Assembly (NCBI GenBank): GCA_963768855.1 | Contig: CAVYJM010000006.1 | Coordinates: forward strand, 192,001 to 256,000 | DNA: 64,000 bases | DNA from: an uncultured Thermoplasmata archaeon | GTDB taxonomy: Archaea; Thermoplasmatota; Thermoplasmata; RBG-16-68-12 | Reading direction: 5' to 3' | Shown: positions 1 to 8,496 of the stretch, piece by piece | How the letters are laid out: every line of letters begins with the position of its first letter | Numbering within the stretch: position 1 is the stretch's first letter | Program-made: the position numbers and the translations under genes | The notes under the pieces: model-generated | What the model was told of the DNA's origin: nothing | Seen by the model: only the letters and a program-made list of their open reading frames with translations | The model's database searches: none

Positions 1-76
1 TCGTGATTATCAGGTCGTGATAGCGACGACGTCAGCTACTTGAAGGCAACCCGGGGTTGGAGGCCCGGGTCGCCCC

Positions 77-535
77 ATGGCCTCGACATCCATCCGCAAC
101 CCCCTCGCGGGATTCATGCTGGCCGTCCTCGCGTCGCTCGTCCTGACCGCCGTGGCGGGCTTCGCGAGCACGTTCATCCCCTATCTCGAGTTCCGGCTCT
201 TCTTCCTCGGCTTCGCCCTCTTCGGAGCGGGAGCCTTCGCCGGACGGAAGACGTACCTGGGCTCCCTCGGCTTCGTGGGGTCGTACCTCGGGGCGTTCCT
301 CGGGTTCTACCTCGTCGAGCAGCTCTTCTGGGTCAACCCCTGGATGGAGCTGCTTGCCCTCGGTCTGGCCGTCTCGGCCGGCCTGGGCGGGTTCATGATG
401 GGGAAGATTGGCGTGCACCGTCTCGAGCGGCAGCAGCGCGTCACCCCGGCCCTCCGCCGGTGCAGCCGCTGCGGAGCGCGCGTCGGCCTCTCGGCCCGCA
501 AGTGCTGGTCCTGCAAGGCCTTCCTGACGTACTGA
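77..535 (+). CDS. Membrane protein (about 4 TM) with C-terminal zinc ribbon
   Basis: Hydrophobic Gly/Phe-rich helices followed by CSRC-x10-CWSC. Confidence 0.75.
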   Translation: MASTSIRNPLAGFMLAVLASLVLTAVAGFASTFIPYLEFRLFFLGFALFGAGAFAGRKTYLGSLGFVGSYLGAFLGFYLVEQLFWVNPWMELLALGLAVSAGLGGFMMGKIGVHRLERQQRVTPALRRCSRCGARVGLSARKCWSCKAFLTY

Positions 536-572
536 GCGCGGGGTTTATGGCCCGCGGCCGCGTCGGCGGGCC

Positions 573-1007
573 ATGGCGCGCATCGAGAAGAGCGTGATGA
601 TCGCGGCGGACCCCGAGACGGTCTGGTCCCTGGCCTCCGCGCTGGACCGGGAGCCGGAGATCTGGAAGGGCACGAAGTCCGTGCGCACGCTCTCGTCGGA
701 CGGGAACGTGCTGGAGCGCGAAGTGACCCTCGCCTTCCGGGACCGGGTCGAACGGGAGCGGGTCCGACTCGAACCCCCGAACCGAGTCGTCCACGAGCTC
801 TTGGCGGGGCCCATGCGGGGGACGAAGACGGTCTCCGTGACCCCGAAGGGCGACGGGCAGACGGAGCTCACCGCCGTCTACGACGTGAAGCTCGCGGGTC
901 TGCTCAAGCTCGGGACCGGGCCGTTCACGAAGCATGCCGCCGAAGGCGTCGAACACGCTCTGCAGCGGATCAAAGACATGGCGGAGGGCCGGACGCCCTC
1001 CGCCTGA
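573..1007 (+). CDS. SRPBCC (START/polyketide cyclase-like) family protein
   Basis: IEKSVMIAADPETVW N-terminus, ~145 aa, C-terminal helix; TTTAT element ~25 nt upstream. Confidence 0.8.
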   Translation: MARIEKSVMIAADPETVWSLASALDREPEIWKGTKSVRTLSSDGNVLEREVTLAFRDRVERERVRLEPPNRVVHELLAGPMRGTKTVSVTPKGDGQTELTAVYDVKLAGLLKLGTGPFTKHAAEGVEHALQRIKDMAEGRTPSA

Positions 1008-1010
1008 GGT

Positions 1011-1904
1011 TCAGATCTTCTTCATGCGCCCCAGGATCGGCTCGTAGATCAGTCCCTTGTCCAGGAGGCTGTTGATCGACTCCTCGAGCTTGTCCTTCGA
1101 GACGCCCGCCTTGCCCGCGGAGTCGAGGATGCCCTCCCAGGGGGCGCCCTTGCCGTCCTTGTCGAGGGACGTGATCACCTCGAGGACCTTGTCCTCGTCC
1201 GCGGTCGGCTCCTCGGGCTCCTTCGGCTCCGCCCTCGGGGCGGCCTCCGTCACGGTCGGCTCGGCCTCCTCCGGACGGCCCTCGCGGTACTCCGGCAGGA
1301 GGTACCGCAGGGCCTCCGCGAGCATCGCGGTGTACCGCGAGAGGTCCGCCTTCCCGTAGTGGCCGGTCGCCTGGACGATCCCGTCGGCCAGGGCCTGCTT
1401 GACCCCGACCTGGGCGAGGGCTTCCTTCGTGAGGGGGTCCATCTTCTGGGCCTCCGACATCGCGTCGAGGCGCTTCCGCAGGGAGCGACAGGCCTCCAGG
1501 ATCCAGAAGTCCCGCACGCGCTCGTCGACGGCCTTGATGACCTCGGGGCGGACCGACGTGTACACGGTCCCCGGCTCGGGCGAGTAGACGCGGCTCTTGC
1601 CCACGATCGCGCCGAAGACGGGCGGCTTGAGCTTCGAGAGGGCCGCGGCGGCCTCGGGCTGGTACTGGCCCGCGTACACGTGGAACGTTCCCGTCGGGTC
1701 CGAGACCCGGGCGCGCCACATGGGCTGCATGTCCGTGCCCACGTTCTCGACGTCCGTGATCACGCCGACGACAAAGATGCGGTTCACCTTCGCGCCGAGG
1801 GGCGTGATGACGTAGGAGGGCGCGCGCTCGCCGGTCCCCTCGACCTCGAGGGTGGCGTCGTTGTACTCGCCGGCGAAGAGCCGCCAGGCGACCTCGCGCA
1901 TCAT
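1011..1904 (-). CDS. RPA32-like OB-fold protein with C-terminal winged helix (RPA-associated subunit)
   Basis: REVAWRLFAGEY…TPLGAKVNRIFVVGVIT…RVSDPTG pattern; C-terminal LLDKGLIYEP wH; 4-nt overlap with RPA large-subunit gene. Confidence 0.8.
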   Translation of the reverse strand: MMREVAWRLFAGEYNDATLEVEGTGERAPSYVITPLGAKVNRIFVVGVITDVENVGTDMQPMWRARVSDPTGTFHVYAGQYQPEAAAALSKLKPPVFGAIVGKSRVYSPEPGTVYTSVRPEVIKAVDERVRDFWILEACRSLRKRLDAMSEAQKMDPLTKEALAQVGVKQALADGIVQATGHYGKADLSRYTAMLAEALRYLLPEYREGRPEEAEPTVTEAAPRAEPKEPEEPTADEDKVLEVITSLDKDGKGAPWEGILDSAGKAGVSKDKLEESINSLLDKGLIYEPILGRMKKI

Positions 1905-3292
1905 GCGGGTCCCTCCATCTGCTCGAGCATCTCACGAGCCTCTGTCTGCACGTCCACGCGGAGCATCTTCGCCGTGTCGACGATCATCATGAGCCCGTAG
2001 TCGTCCGAGGTGACGTTCCCCCGCGCCTCGATGGGCTGGGCCACGAGGAGGTCGGAGAGTTCGTCCCGTACCACGTCGACGGACATGGCCTCCTTCGCCT
2101 GGGCGATCGCCGTGTCGATCGTCTTGTCGAGGAGGGCCTCCGTGAGCTCGCGGTTGAAGACCGCGGTCAGCGCGCCGCTGCCGTCGTCCAGGACGGCCTT
2201 CACGCGCAGGTCCGCCTCGCCCTTCACCTCGCCGTGGATCCGGCACGCGCCCTTCCGCAGGACCCGGCGGCACTCGGGGCAGCGGTACACGAGCCCGGAG
2301 CCCTCGCGCAGGTCGATCAGGATGCCGCGCACGGTGACGTCCACGCCCCCGCCGCGTTCCGCGAGGTCCTCGATCCACATCCGCGGGCTCTCGCCCACCT
2401 TGGCGGACGGCGGCAGGGCGTCGTCTTTGAGCTTTGTGACCGTCGCGCGGTCATCGAAACTGAGCTGGGGGATGCCCCGCCACGATTTGACGTAGGCGCC
2501 CTCGATGCGCAGGACGTCGTCCTCCTGGAGGCCGAAGTCCTTCCACGCGCTGAATTGGCTCTTGCCCGTCTCGTCGGCCAGGACGCCGCTGTGGACGGCC
2601 TTCTTCGCGCCGTCCACCTCGACCTCCCGCGTCTCGACGGACAGGACGCGCGCCGTCACGGCCACGTTCGACGCGCCCTCGCGCAGGTCGACGACCTTCA
2701 TCTCCGTCGGCTTGCCGAGGTAGGGCATGCCGCCTCCGGCCGAGGGCTTGTACTCGGGCAGGGCGTCCGGCTTCTCCTTGGTGACCGCCGTGCGCACCCC
2801 GAAGTTGACCTGGACCTGGCCGCGGTACTCCTTCGTGTAGGCGTTCTGCACGCGGATCACGTCGCCCTTGGTCAGGGTCATGTTCAGCGGCTCCCAGGCC
2901 GTGAAGGGCACTGTGGCGGAGGGGTCCCCGAGGATGCCGTACAGGATCCGCTTCGTGCCGCTGTCCACGGTCACGTCCTTCTCGTTCACGCTCACGATCC
3001 GCGCCAGGAGGTTCACGGACTGCTCCCCCGGCGCGAGCTCGCGGATCGTCTTGTTGATGCCGACCGCGAGGCCGGACGGGTTCCCGCCGTGCTTCTTGAC
3101 GATGGACCGCTTCGCCGTGTCCAGGGAGACGCGATACACGTTGAGGTAGCTGGACAGCTCCTTCTCGATCTCCGATTCGCTCACTTTTCCGCCGAGCGCC
3201 CGGGTGATGTCCTGAACATGGGGCGCTAGTTCTTCTCTCGTAGAATCACGTTCCCGAGGCGTGTCGATTTCTCGCCTCGTTTCTGGGTACAC
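1901..3292 (-). CDS. rpa: Replication protein A large subunit (multiple OB folds + zinc finger)
   Basis: Repeated OB motifs (GILGDPSATV, GVLADETG, AVLDDGSG) and CPEC…CRIH; start uncertain (GTG 3292 chosen). Confidence 0.85.
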   Translation of the reverse strand: MYPETRREIDTPRERDSTREELAPHVQDITRALGGKVSESEIEKELSSYLNVYRVSLDTAKRSIVKKHGGNPSGLAVGINKTIRELAPGEQSVNLLARIVSVNEKDVTVDSGTKRILYGILGDPSATVPFTAWEPLNMTLTKGDVIRVQNAYTKEYRGQVQVNFGVRTAVTKEKPDALPEYKPSAGGGMPYLGKPTEMKVVDLREGASNVAVTARVLSVETREVEVDGAKKAVHSGVLADETGKSQFSAWKDFGLQEDDVLRIEGAYVKSWRGIPQLSFDDRATVTKLKDDALPPSAKVGESPRMWIEDLAERGGGVDVTVRGILIDLREGSGLVYRCPECRRVLRKGACRIHGEVKGEADLRVKAVLDDGSGALTAVFNRELTEALLDKTIDTAIAQAKEAMSVDVVRDELSDLLVAQPIEARGNVTSDDYGLMMIVDTAKMLRVDVQTEAREMLEQMEGPA

Positions 3293-3389
3293 CCCGGCGG
3301 TATAAAGGGTCTCGTCGGGGTGGGTGAAAGTGCATCCTCCGCGGCGCGAAATCCTATTAACCCCCGGTGGTCTCGGCCGGACGGATCGG

Positions 3390-3482
3390 ATGAAGCTCAG
3401 CCGCGACGCCAAGTTCTGGATCGTGGTCGCCCTGGCGTTCATCGCCCTCGGCATCCTGCTGGACCTCTTCGTCGGCTTCTAG
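3390..3482 (+). CDS. Putative 30-aa single-TM micro-protein
   Basis: My translation MKLSRDAKFWIVVALAFIALGILLDLFVGF*; host-like codons; fills the gap before the GNAT gene; not in ORF track. Confidence 0.55.
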   Translation: MKLSRDAKFWIVVALAFIALGILLDLFVGF

Positions 3483-3527
3483 GGCTCACCGCAAAGCTTC
3501 ATCTCGGCCCTCCCCTTCGTCGGGCCC

Positions 3528-4325
3528 GTGGACACCCAGGAACTCCTGCGGGCCTGCCTGAGCTTCGAGCGGACTTGGGCGGAGACCGGGTCCGTCGTCC
3601 GGAAGACGCCGTATGGGGTCACGGTCCGGAACGACCGCTTCCCCCGGATCTACATGGCGAACCTGGCCTGGGTCGAGCGCCTCCCGAGCGGCGGGGTCGA
3701 CGAGGTCCTCGCGGACCTCGAGGAGGCCTTCCAAGGCAGCTCGGTGCGCCACCGCAACGTCGTGTTCGAGGATGCCCAGGTGGCCTTCGAGAACCAGGAA
3801 GCCTTCGCCTCCCGCGGCTTCCAGCCGCTCGCGGAGCTCGCCATGGCGCGCCTCGGCCTTCCCGCCTGCGTGACGAACCCGGACGTGGAGGTCCGCGAGG
3901 TGGGCCACGCCGCGCCGGAGGACGACTACCGCCGGCTGCGGATGCGAGTGTTCGAGGGCCTCGAGTATGCTCCGGACGAATCCGAGCAGCTGTACGCGAT
4001 CGCCCGCGACCACGCCGGCCTCCACGGCGAGCGGCACTACGTCGGGTACGTCGAAGGGACCCCCGCCGCGACGATCTCCCTCTGGGCGCGCGGGCGGTTC
4101 GCCTGCATCGGCGACGTGGCCACGATGCCCGAGTTCCGGAACCGCGGCGTCGCCCGGACGCTCGTGTTCGACGTCTCGAAGCGCGCCCTCGCGGCCGGAT
4201 GCGAGTACAGCGTGCTGTTCGCGGACCTCTTCGACTCGCCCCAGGCCATGTACAAGACGCTCGGCTACCAGCCCGTCGGCGAGGTGCGGAGCTTCCTGAG
4301 GGTGGCGCCTCCCGCCCCGGCGTGA
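3528..4325 (+). CDS. GNAT family N-acetyltransferase
   Basis: C-terminal IGDVATMPEFRNRGVA acetyl-CoA motif A and MYKTLGY. Confidence 0.85.
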   Translation: MDTQELLRACLSFERTWAETGSVVRKTPYGVTVRNDRFPRIYMANLAWVERLPSGGVDEVLADLEEAFQGSSVRHRNVVFEDAQVAFENQEAFASRGFQPLAELAMARLGLPACVTNPDVEVREVGHAAPEDDYRRLRMRVFEGLEYAPDESEQLYAIARDHAGLHGERHYVGYVEGTPAATISLWARGRFACIGDVATMPEFRNRGVARTLVFDVSKRALAAGCEYSVLFADLFDSPQAMYKTLGYQPVGEVRSFLRVAPPAPA

Positions 4326-4368
4326 GGCCGCGCGAAGCTTCAAGGGACGGAGCGACGGTGGGTGTTCC

Positions 4369-5160
4369 ATGGACCTTGGACTGAAGAGCAAGGTCGCCCT
4401 CGTGGCCGCCGCGAGCCAGGGAATGGGTCGGGCCGTCGCCCTCAACCTCGCGAGGGAGGGCTGCCAGGTCGCGATCTGCGCCCGGAACGCCGGGCCGCTC
4501 AAGGAGGCCGCTCGGGCGATCCACGACGAGACGGGCGCCGACGTCCTGAGCGTCGCGGCGGACGTCTCGAAGCTGGCCGACGCGACCGCGTTCGTGGACA
4601 AGGCGCGGGCCGCCTTCGGGGGCGTTGACATCCTCGTCGTGAACGCGGGCGGGCCGCCCACGGGACGGTTCGAGACCCTCACGGAGGAGCAGTGGGCGAA
4701 GGCCTACGACCTCACGTTGATGAGCGCCGTCCGGCTCATCCGGGCGACGGTCCCGGCGATGCGTCCCCGGGGAGGTGGCTCGATCGTGGCGATCACATCC
4801 CTGACCGTGAAGCAGCCCCTGGACAACCTCCTCCTGTCGAACGCGATGCGGGCCGCGGTGATCGGCCTCGTGAAGACACTCTCCCGCGAGCTCGGCCCCG
4901 ACAAGATCCGCGTGAACGCGGTCGCGCCCGGGTTCGTGGCCACGGAGCGCCTCCTCGAGATCCAGCGGGTCCGCGCCGAGCACGAGAAGCGGGTCCTCGA
5001 GGACGTCCAGACGGAGGAGACTCGCGCGATCCCCCTGGGCCGATACGGCCGTCCGGAGGAGGTCGCGGACCTAGTGACCTACCTCGTCTCGGACCGCGCG
5101 TCCTACGTCACGGGGAACGTCATCCAGGTGGATGGCGGGATGTACCGCGGCGTGCACTGA
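4369..5160 (+). CDS. Short-chain dehydrogenase/reductase (3-oxoacyl-ACP reductase-like)
   Basis: VALVAAASQGMG, DILVVNAGGP, SNAMRAA, IRVNAVAPG, VDGG. Confidence 0.92.
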   Translation: MDLGLKSKVALVAAASQGMGRAVALNLAREGCQVAICARNAGPLKEAARAIHDETGADVLSVAADVSKLADATAFVDKARAAFGGVDILVVNAGGPPTGRFETLTEEQWAKAYDLTLMSAVRLIRATVPAMRPRGGGSIVAITSLTVKQPLDNLLLSNAMRAAVIGLVKTLSRELGPDKIRVNAVAPGFVATERLLEIQRVRAEHEKRVLEDVQTEETRAIPLGRYGRPEEVADLVTYLVSDRASYVTGNVIQVDGGMYRGVH

Positions 5161-5188
5161 CGCCCCGGTCACCCCGCGCCGTGTTCGT

Positions 5189-6196
5189 TCAATTCTCGAC
5201 GGTGACCGTCCCGACCATGCCCATCATGTCGTGGAGCCCGCAGATGTACGAGTAGGTCCCCGCCGCCGTGAAGGTCACGTTGAACATGTTGCCCCACGGA
5301 AGGAAGGACAGCAGGAATCCCGAGCTCAGGTTGAACGAGCCGTCGTAGGACGTGGCGCTGTCGAACGGGAAGCTCCGGTTCGCCGGGGCGACGAGTCCCG
5401 CGTCCCCGCCCAGGGGTTCGGCCCCGAAGGTCACGGTGTGGGGGGTGAACGGGTCTCGGTTCACGAAGTGGACCGTATCCCCCACGTGGACCGTCAGGTC
5501 GGAGGAGAAGAACCGCATGACCGTGGACACGCCGTTGCCGCCGCCGACCGCGACCTCGATGCCAGTGCCCCCGATGTCAGCCGCCGTCGCCGCAGCCTCG
5601 ATGGAAGCCTCTTCGATGTCCCGGGCATGGGCGATGTCGACGGTCATCCGGGCGTGGGCCTGCTTCTGGTACTGTGCGTCCGTCTTGGGCAGCTTCTGGG
5701 CGTCGGGGACGACCGTGATCGTCCCGTTCATCAGCGGATGGAGGGCGCATTGGACCGTGTACGTGCCAGGCCCGACGTCCATCGTGACGGCGATGCTGTT
5801 GCCGAAGGGCCCTTCGGGGACCAGGATTCCGGAGTTCACGATTCCTGTGTTGTCGAACGTGGCCGTTCCAGGCCCCGTGAGGTTCTGCGGCGCGAAGAAC
5901 GCGAACGGGTCGGCGACCGGGCCGGTGAGACCGAAGGTGACCGTGTGAGGCTCGATGAGGTTGTTCGTGAACACAATCACGTCGCCCCGGTGGACCGTGA
6001 TGGCGTTCGGGTAGTACGCCATCCCCATCAGGGACATGTCCGCGTTGGCCGCTCCCAGGGTCACGTGGAAGGTGGCCGGCGGGGCCGCCCGGCTGGACGG
6101 CAACGCCGCAACCCCCGTAAACGCCAGGGCGAGGACAAGCAGCGCGATCACACTACGAGCACCGAATCTGAAGGTTCTGCGACTCACAAAATTCAC
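5189..6196 (-). CDS. Exported two-domain cupredoxin (blue copper) protein
   Basis: Two HTVTF…C-x2-H-x2/4-M type-1 copper ligand sets (CALHPLM, CGLHDMMGM); SRRTF Tat-like signal. Confidence 0.85.
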   Translation of the reverse strand: MNFVSRRTFRFGARSVIALLVLALAFTGVAALPSSRAAPPATFHVTLGAANADMSLMGMAYYPNAITVHRGDVIVFTNNLIEPHTVTFGLTGPVADPFAFFAPQNLTGPGTATFDNTGIVNSGILVPEGPFGNSIAVTMDVGPGTYTVQCALHPLMNGTITVVPDAQKLPKTDAQYQKQAHARMTVDIAHARDIEEASIEAAATAADIGGTGIEVAVGGGNGVSTVMRFFSSDLTVHVGDTVHFVNRDPFTPHTVTFGAEPLGGDAGLVAPANRSFPFDSATSYDGSFNLSSGFLLSFLPWGNMFNVTFTAAGTYSYICGLHDMMGMVGTVTVEN

Positions 6197-6240
6197 TCCG
6201 AACGTTATGGCCTAGGGCCCCCCTAGATTTCGGTTGGACT

Positions 6241-6262
6241 AAAAGCATGTGGTACATTTTTT
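6241..6262. promoter_or_regulatory. Imperfect palindrome upstream of cupredoxin gene (candidate operator)
   Basis: AAA-GC-ATGT-GGT-ACAT-TT-TTT; second inverted repeat CTAGGG-CCC-CCCTAG at 6212-6226. Confidence 0.3.
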
Positions 6263-6324
6263 GACCTCACGTCGATTTCCGGCCCGGCCCGTCGAGCCCG
6301 CGACGCGCGGTCGCTGACGGCGAT

Positions 6325-6657
6325 TCAGGCCTGCCGCTTCGGCTGCTTCGTCGGTGCGTTGGAGCAGGACCAGCAGGTGTGGCGGGTCGAGCCGTTCCAG
6401 GCACCGCATCGTCCGCAGCGCCACGTGTCGGCGGCCATGGGCCCCATCTCGGGGAAGAAGCGGTTCACGGAGATCGCCGCGCCGCAGTCCCAGCAGACCG
6501 TGCGCTCGGCCTCGTTCATGAGGTCGCAGTGGGGGCAATCCCAGCTCGGGGCGACGTTCCCGCCGAGCCTCTTCCTCCGGAAGCGCCAGTCGAGCGTGGT
6601 GAAGGCAAACGTGGCGAGGAACAGGAAGAGGAGTGCGGTCGGGAGAAGGTCGTCCAC
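6325..6657 (-). CDS. Membrane-anchored protein with two RanBP2-type zinc fingers
   Basis: N-terminal TM, then two exact W-x-C-x2-C-x3-N-x6-C-x2-C motifs. Confidence 0.8.
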   Translation of the reverse strand: MDDLLPTALLFLFLATFAFTTLDWRFRRKRLGGNVAPSWDCPHCDLMNEAERTVCWDCGAAISVNRFFPEMGPMAADTWRCGRCGAWNGSTRHTCWSCSNAPTKQPKRQA

Positions 6658-6737
6658 GACGGTCTCGATGCGGGGACGCGGGGCATATAGCCTGTGCAGT
6701 GGAAATCAGGTCCGATATTTGTTGTGTCGCGCGAGGC

Positions 6738-7361
6738 TCACTGGTTGAACGTCTCGACCTTCTCGTACGTCTGCTTGAGGTACTTGATCAGGATGTCGCG
6801 GTTCCGGCGGAGGTGGCTCTCGTACCAGACCTTGACGAGTTCGGCGAGGATCTTGTGCAGGTCGTCCAGGCTCACGCGGTCGATCGCGACGTCGTACAGG
6901 GTGTGGATCGTCCAGATCCGCTTCCAGCCGCTGTACTTGTAGTAGTGCTCCCCTTCGGAGTACTCGAACGCCATCTTGAGGTGGATTTTGCCCTCGACCT
7001 CGACGTAGTTGATCTTGACCGCGTCGCCGACACGGCCTTCGTCCATGGAGCGGTCGAGGAGCTGGACGGACTGCACCGCGGCGGGGTTGAAGCCGGGCCG
7101 CCACTTCCAGTCCCCCTCGGGGAACGTGTCCGTGAAGACACCCCAGTTGCTGTACGAGGGCTCCATCGTGAAGTGGACGTTGATCTTGTTGAACCGCTTC
7201 CAGACCTTCCAGAAATCCTCGATGAGCGCCCGGTTCAGCTCGAGGCGGACCTCGTTCTGCTCGCCGACGTCCTCGATGATCTCCTTCGTCTTCTTCTCAA
7301 GTTCCGCGTCGAGGGATGAGAACCAGTCATCCCCCTTGTCCGCGGCCTTCTTCGCGGCCAT
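6738..7361 (-). CDS. Conserved-looking hypothetical soluble protein
   Basis: Strong host codon bias, TATATAA upstream at 7401-7407 (minus strand); start may be GTG 7379. Confidence 0.8.
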   Translation of the reverse strand: MAAKKAADKGDDWFSSLDAELEKKTKEIIEDVGEQNEVRLELNRALIEDFWKVWKRFNKINVHFTMEPSYSNWGVFTDTFPEGDWKWRPGFNPAAVQSVQLLDRSMDEGRVGDAVKINYVEVEGKIHLKMAFEYSEGEHYYKYSGWKRIWTIHTLYDVAIDRVSLDDLHKILAELVKVWYESHLRRNRDILIKYLKQTYEKVETFNQ

Positions 7362-7426
7362 GGCCAAGTCCCTTCTCACCGACAGCGAATCAAGTCAAGT
7401 GTTATATAGGTTCTCGTGTCGAACGC

Positions 7427-8248
7427 TCACTCCTCCGACGACAGGTGCATGCAGGCGTAGAAGATCCGGAAGGCCGCCCGGAAGTCCTCGGCCGAGAACT
7501 CGACCCGGGTGCCGCCGACCCGGGTCACGAGCGGCTCGAGCTCCGCGCGGTCTGCGGCCTCCGTCCCCTTGAAGTCGATGGCCATGGCCACGGGCTTCGC
7601 CGCGACCAGCGGCTCGATCTCCGCGGCCTCCCGCACGGCCTTCTCGGCCTCGGTCCGAATCCGGTCGCACGCTCTGCGAGGATGGAGGTGCTTCGCTGCG
7701 TGCGTGTTGATCGCCTCCTTGACCGCGACCGTGTGCACACCGCGCAGGAGGGCCTGCGCCTCCGCGGCCAACGAGGTGTCTCCGGTAACCAGGACGACCG
7801 GCACGCCGAACTCGCCCGCCACGTAGGCGTTCAGCCCGGTCTCGCCGACCGCGCGGCCGTTTACCTCGACGCTCCGGATTCGTCCGGTGAAGGTGTGGTC
7901 GATGATCGCGCGGGGTGTGCCCGCCATCGCGTGGTAGCCGACGAACAGGGCGGCGTCGAACGAGCCGTCGAGGTCCTGGACCATGGAGAATGGGCGCGGG
8001 CTGCCGCGTAGCAGGGTGGCGGCCTCGTGCAACTCCTCCGGGATCAGGTTGTCGAAGTTCCAGTGGGAGTCTGCGACGAGGACCTCAGTCGCCCCCGCCT
8101 TGAGGGCGCCTTCGATTGCGGCGTTCGCTTCCGCGGTCATCCGGTGGCAGTTTGCCTGGTAGGCCTCGCCACCGTTCTCGGGATCTGTTTCCTTCTCGCC
8201 GACGACGCCGCAGATTCCCTCCATGTCCACGGAAAGGAAGACCTTCAA
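7427..8248 (-). CDS. dppA: D-aminopeptidase, peptidase M55 (DppA family)
   Basis: KVFLSVDMEG, VADSHW, ALFVGYHA, DHT; TTG start at 8248. Confidence 0.92.
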   Translation of the reverse strand: MKVFLSVDMEGICGVVGEKETDPENGGEAYQANCHRMTAEANAAIEGALKAGATEVLVADSHWNFDNLIPEELHEAATLLRGSPRPFSMVQDLDGSFDAALFVGYHAMAGTPRAIIDHTFTGRIRSVEVNGRAVGETGLNAYVAGEFGVPVVLVTGDTSLAAEAQALLRGVHTVAVKEAINTHAAKHLHPRRACDRIRTEAEKAVREAAEIEPLVAAKPVAMAIDFKGTEAADRAELEPLVTRVGGTRVEFSAEDFRAAFRIFYACMHLSSEE

Positions 8249-8415
8249 CCCATGTGCCCCCAGACCCCGAGAAGGAATGCATCGCCTTAACGATTCGTGA
8301 GGTGCGTGTGTCGCCGCGGACGTGCGGATTCCCCGCCACACATTTATGAACTGATGGTTCATGGGAAGGCTCACGTGAAATGGGGTCTGCCCCCCGGAGG
8401 AGTTAGACCCTGACC

Positions 8416-8463
8416 ATGGCGAAGAAGGCTGCGAAGAAGACGAAGAAGGGCAAGCACAACTAA
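8416..8463 (+). CDS. Possible 15-aa Lys-rich micropeptide
   Basis: MAKKAAKKTKKGKHN*; GGAGGAG at 8396-8402 and TTTAT at 8343-8347 upstream; all Lys codons AAG. Confidence 0.4.
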   Translation: MAKKAAKKTKKGKHN

Positions 8464-8496
8464 TCGCGCTTGCGCCTCCGATGTTGTGGAGGTCTC

